Source: the human T2T-CHM13v2.0 reference genome, Homo sapiens
Direction: 5' to 3' (one strand)
DNA: 64,000 nt
Assembly: GCF_009914755.1 (NCBI RefSeq)
Contig: NC_060944.1
The notes under the pieces were generated by a model. The model did not search any database. It was given only the letters and a program-made list of their open reading frames with translations, and was not told where the DNA came from. The translations under genes and the position numbers were made by a program. This document shows positions 58,327 through 64,000 of the stretch, piece by piece; the stretch's first letter is position 1; every line of letters begins with the position of its first letter.

Positions 58327-58411
58327 GAATTTCAAATAAATGAGCAGGTCCTTGCTTGCTGGTCTGATTGTCGTTTTTACCCGGCCAAAGTCACTGCTGT
58401 TAACAAGGATG
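58327..58411 (+). CDS. PHF20: PHF20 coding exon (EFQINEQVLACWSDCRFYPAKVTAVNKD + G), start of Tudor domain 2
   Basis: Long poly-T plus ttttAG acceptor. 85 nt, in frame with the previous exon. Donor ATG|GTAAGG. Tudor motif VLAxWxDxxFYPAKV. Confidence 0.96.
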
Positions 58412-59199
58412 GTAAGGCATTTGAGTTGTAGTTGTTTTTACTCATGACTTAGGTGGTGGGGGGGGATGTTTGTAATATCAGAGCTTGATAGTATATTTTC
58501 AGTATTTATTTACTGCCTAGGTATCCGCTTTATTCAAGTTAATCACTATGTCAGGAGTTGGGTAGAAATTATAAGTGTAAAGAAAACTGGACAAAAAAGA
58601 TAGTTTGACTTTTTACCCCCTGAATTTCAGTCATTGTTTTCTAAAACAGTCACAGTTCATCTGTCACTCTGCCTGGAAGTATGCAGGTACTTGCTGTCTA
58701 GGAGTTCCTAATATAATTGATGACATAGTCCTGAATATTTGTGAATAGCTTAGAAATTAAATGAACACTAACAAACTTTAAAAAATGTGCTTTCTAGATG
58801 CAAGGTGACTGAGGGTGGTCTGTAACATTGGAGTTGCTAGTGGAAACTGGGATGCCGGAATTTAGAGCACTGAGTTGGGTTTCATTTGCCAGAGTTGAAC
58901 ATGTGAAGAGACAGGATGGGGAACTTGACTAATAGAGGCTCAATTTTGCTAGTAAAAGGGCAGACAAAGAGTTATGAGGATAATATGTACGGTCAGGATC
59001 CTGGCACCTGGAGAATAGAGTCTGGGTCCCAGTGATACCATTGTAAGCACATTCCACTAGGGTGTGTGTGGTCTCCATGATCTCTGAAGTGAGTGTTTAG
59101 GGAAGTCAGGCCTCTTGATGCCACTGTAGGGTTGACTATTAGGCCAGCCTGACTTTTCATTTGATGAAGTTATTCAGATATTTATTAATACTCTGCTAA

Positions 59200-59502
<303 letters not shown>

Positions 59503-61229
59503 TAAGCGTGAGCCACCATGCCCAGCCGCAACTTTTTAGAAAAGTATTTTTCAGGCCAAACACGATGGTTCTTGCCTGTAATCCCAGCAGTTTGGGAGGC
59601 TCTCGTGGGAGGATCACTTGAGGCCAGGAATTTGAGACCAGCCTGGGCAACATAGTGAGACCTCATCTCACTATGAAAAAAAAATTAGATGAGTGTGGTG
59701 ACATGTTCCTGTAGTCCTAGCTACTCGCATGGCTGAGGTGGGAAGATCCCTTGAGCCCAGGAGTTTGAGGCTACAGCAAGCTATGATAGTGTCATTGTAC
59801 TCCAGCCTGGGCAGCAGAACGAGACTCTGTCTCTTAAAAAAAAAAAAAAAAAGTCTTTTCAGTTGTGCTTCCTCCATAAGCTAAAATTATAGGAGGGAGA
59901 GTCTCGAGGCTATGATAGTTCCTAAAATGGTCATTTGCAACGCTAATATCTTGTTTCTGAAGCTCCATATTCTGTCCAGTGAAATTTAGTTAATTGAAGG
60001 ACATGAAAATGAATGGAAATTTCTGCCAAAACCTGTTGTCCTGAGGTTCTTGGGTCTGAAGTCCTGTATTATGCTGACACATTGACTGGTTTTTGGGACT
60101 AACTGGAAGAGGGAGGAGAGGATATGGGAGAGGGGCAATCCTGAAACAGAAAGTTAGTGGGGCAGGCTGGGTAGTACTATTGGCCACCCAGATTGTGAAG
60201 GAAAGCTAGCCTTTGTAGGAGCTCAGATCTATGTCTGATTCAGAGATGAAGATAATTAATGCCTCTAAGAGGGGTGGGAAGGTGTCTTGGTGGAGGCAAT
60301 GAAGGCTTAGTAATCTACTGTTTAGATCTAATACCTGCAGAGCCCAGAGCTTGGCATCATGAAGTAAAACAAAAGAAGACCTGCTTCAAAGTAGAATGAA
60401 GTAGGTGCTGAAATAGAGCTACCAGGAGGAGGCAGGGCAGGATGGTGCAGGTTAATCATGGTAGGCACCTGTCTCTATAAGGTTTTGTGTTTGTGTGTGG
60501 GATGGATCAGAAACTCTTTGAAATAATGATTTCAAAAATGATTAGGTTTGGATTAGAGCTGATGGTCAGTTTGTGCTTCATCACGATTCACTGTGGGATT
60601 ACTTGTGGGATTGGGAGCGACAATGCTAGTCTCTCTTTTCACTCTTTCCTTGGTATTTTCTGCTGTGCCTCAGGTTCATTCGTAGCAGTGGCCACCAGCT
60701 TAATGGCCCTGCGAGGAGAAGCTCTGCCGGCAAGGCGGCCCCTTTATTTCCTGTAAATGTCACTTATGTCTTGTTGGTGCTGCCAGGAGGAGGCAGGGGA
60801 TATAGTGAAGTCATGCCTTGTAGATTTATCTTTAGAAGGCTTGGTCTGATTTTCTTGCCACTCTTAATCTCCTTGGATGTTTTGCTAAAGCTGAGTGTTG
60901 AGCAGGCTGGTGGGTGGGGACTGTAGCCAGAGTGTGGAAGTGGCAGCTGCTGGCACTGAGGAGTCTGGCATGATTGAATCAGAACTAAATAACAACTTTA
61001 GTTTCTTAAGGAAGTCTGTTAGCACTCGGAAAATAGGGCATATAATGCCATATTATTTAGCTTTTTTCACCTGGAGTGGTTCTTCAGCAGTGGAGATTAA
61101 GCATTATTTAGTACGAAGGCAGCGGCAGTTGGTAGCCTTGTTAGACCCTCAGTCTGTGTTGTTACAAAAGACAGTAAAAGATGGGTTTCTACTTTCAGGG
61201 AATCTTTGTTTGGAAGCCATCTCTGGTGA

Positions 61230-61934
<705 letters not shown>

Positions 61935-63564
61935 TAATTTTTGCATTTGTAGGAGAGACAGAGTTTCACTGTATTGGCCAGGCTGGTCTGGAACTCCTGA
62001 CCTCAAATGATCCACCCGCCTCAGCCTCCCGAATCTCCCCTTTTTTTCACACAAGGATTAGCAGAGTCAGTTGTCTGTCAGGGCTTTTTGCCCCCAGTAG
62101 TGTACAACTCTGCTCTGTAAGTGATTTTCTTTAAGGAAACTACTGTGTAGGTTAGCATTTATGACAAAATGGGGAATTGGTCCTTTCTGTTGATCTGTGG
62201 TTCTTTAACTTGAATGAGCAGGTAAATCAGCTCCTTCTTCCTAAAAAATATGCATATTTTTGGGTCATGTCCCCTACCTACCCTGCCAGTTCAGTCTCTG
62301 GGGCAGTGACTGAAGTCTGCATTTATAACAGGAGATGCTATGGAAATGATCTTGTTTCTAGAGTCTCTGGCTGAAGCAGCTCTTATTTTTTGTTTTCTTC
62401 ATGCTGTAACTGATTCTACATTTGAAATGTGGGGAGGCTGATACTGTGTGAACAGCTTTGTAGAAAGAGAAAAGGAAGATTTAGGCCCACACGTGCAGGT
62501 GCTAGCTTGGCTGTTTTCTTCTATTGGGGGAAGAGGGATTGTGCTTCCCCCCCAACCCCCACCCCGCCCCTTTTTTTTTGCCTAGATAGCCTTTAACGAT
62601 GTCAATGTCTGGCCAGGCGCAGTGGCTTATGCCTGTAATCCCAGCACTTTGAGGGGCCGGGGCAGCGGATTACCTGAGGTCAGGAGTTCAAGACCAGCCT
62701 GGCCAGCATGGTGAAACCTAGTATCTACTAAAAATAGAAAAATTAACCTGGCGTGGTAGCATGTGCCTGTAGTCCCAGCTACTCGGGAGGCTGAGACAGA
62801 AGAATCGCTTGAACTCAGGAGGCAGAAGTTGCAGTGAGCTGAGATTGCACCATACTGCACTCTAGCCTGGGTGACAGAGCGAGACTCCGTCTCCAAAAAA
62901 AAAAAAAAGATGTCAATGTGCTGTGCTTCCCTTTTAGGGTGACTTGGTGGTATTGATCCCTTGGTCTGTGACAGGCCCTGTGCTAGGTTGTTTCCATATC
63001 TTATCGTATTTAGTCTTTACACAAACATGGAAAGGTTATTGCCATTAACCCCATTCTTATTTTGCAGATGAGGAACTAAGCTCACAGGGGGAAACTGCTT
63101 GAGGTTATAAAGCGCTTGGATGGTAGAGCTGAGATCTGCATGGAGGTCTGTGGTTCTACAGAGTCCCTAAACTGTCGTTCCCACAGTACCAGGCTGCCTC
63201 TTTGGAGCAGGGTTTTCCTAAGAGGGCAGGTGTTGTCAATTAGGTCCAGGTGTTCACTGATAGAATGCGAGAGTGGATGTAGTGGTCTGCACTTTCTGGA
63301 GCCGGTGTTGTCTTGAGAACCATGGTTGGGAGACAGGGTCTGGTCCCAGCTCCTGCTCAGTGATTATGGGCGGTTCACTGCCTTTGCTCTGGACTCTTTT
63401 GAGCAGTTAGAAGTCAAAGAGGGAGTGGGAATAGATGAGTGTTGTATTGGCCACAGAACCTAAACCCAAAATGTAAAATTGCTAAGAAGAAAATACTTAG
63501 AGGGAGGGGAAGGCATGCCCACAAACATATGCACATCCCCACCCCTCAATCTGTGGAAGCCTAA

Positions 63565-63783
<219 letters not shown>

Positions 63784-64000
63784 TAGGCTGGTCTTGAACT
63801 CCTGACCTCATGATCCACCCGCGTCGGTCTCCCAAAGTATTGGAATTACAGGCGTGAGCCACCGTGCCCGACCTGACTAATCTTTTTTTCCTTTTTTTTT
63901 TTTTCTAAAAAGGGCCAGTCCAGGCGTGGTGGCTGACGCCTGTAATCCCAGCACTTTTGGAGGTCGAGGCAGGTGGATCACCTGAGGTCAGGAGTTCAAG

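Noticed and set aside
60688-60706. CTCF site at gtggccaccagcttaatgg
   Set aside because: Only the 5' half matches; the GGGGGCGC half of the core motif is absent.

Overview
This is human (primate) genomic DNA from inside the PHF20 gene on the + strand. The window holds the end of the 5'-UTR intron and three coding exons: 12469-12583 (ATG at 12501), 53550-53721 and 58327-58411. Spliced, they give [113 protein letters not shown](G), the N-terminal Tudor-domain region. The rest is intron, very dense in Alu (roughly half the window by eye) with L1, L2, MIR, LTR and DNA-transposon relics, plus an antisense COX7B processed pseudogene. Almost all ORFs in the supplied track are Alu or repeat artefacts. 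I find no support for a new multi-gene biological system. The notable signals are mostly retrotransposition history: (1) a four-layer insertion stack at 54965-56676 with an apparent ~0.8 kb L1 3' transduction and a polyadenylated LTR-end retrocopy; (2) a second, small L1 3' transduction; (3) a 13-nt 'micro-Alu' inside the COX7B retrocopy, which is itself inside an Alu; (4) a perfectly identical 86-bp inverted Alu pair; (5) an AluYa5. There is also a uORF overlapping the PHF20 start codon. Repeat subfamily names come from recalled consensus sequences and need RepeatMasker confirmation.
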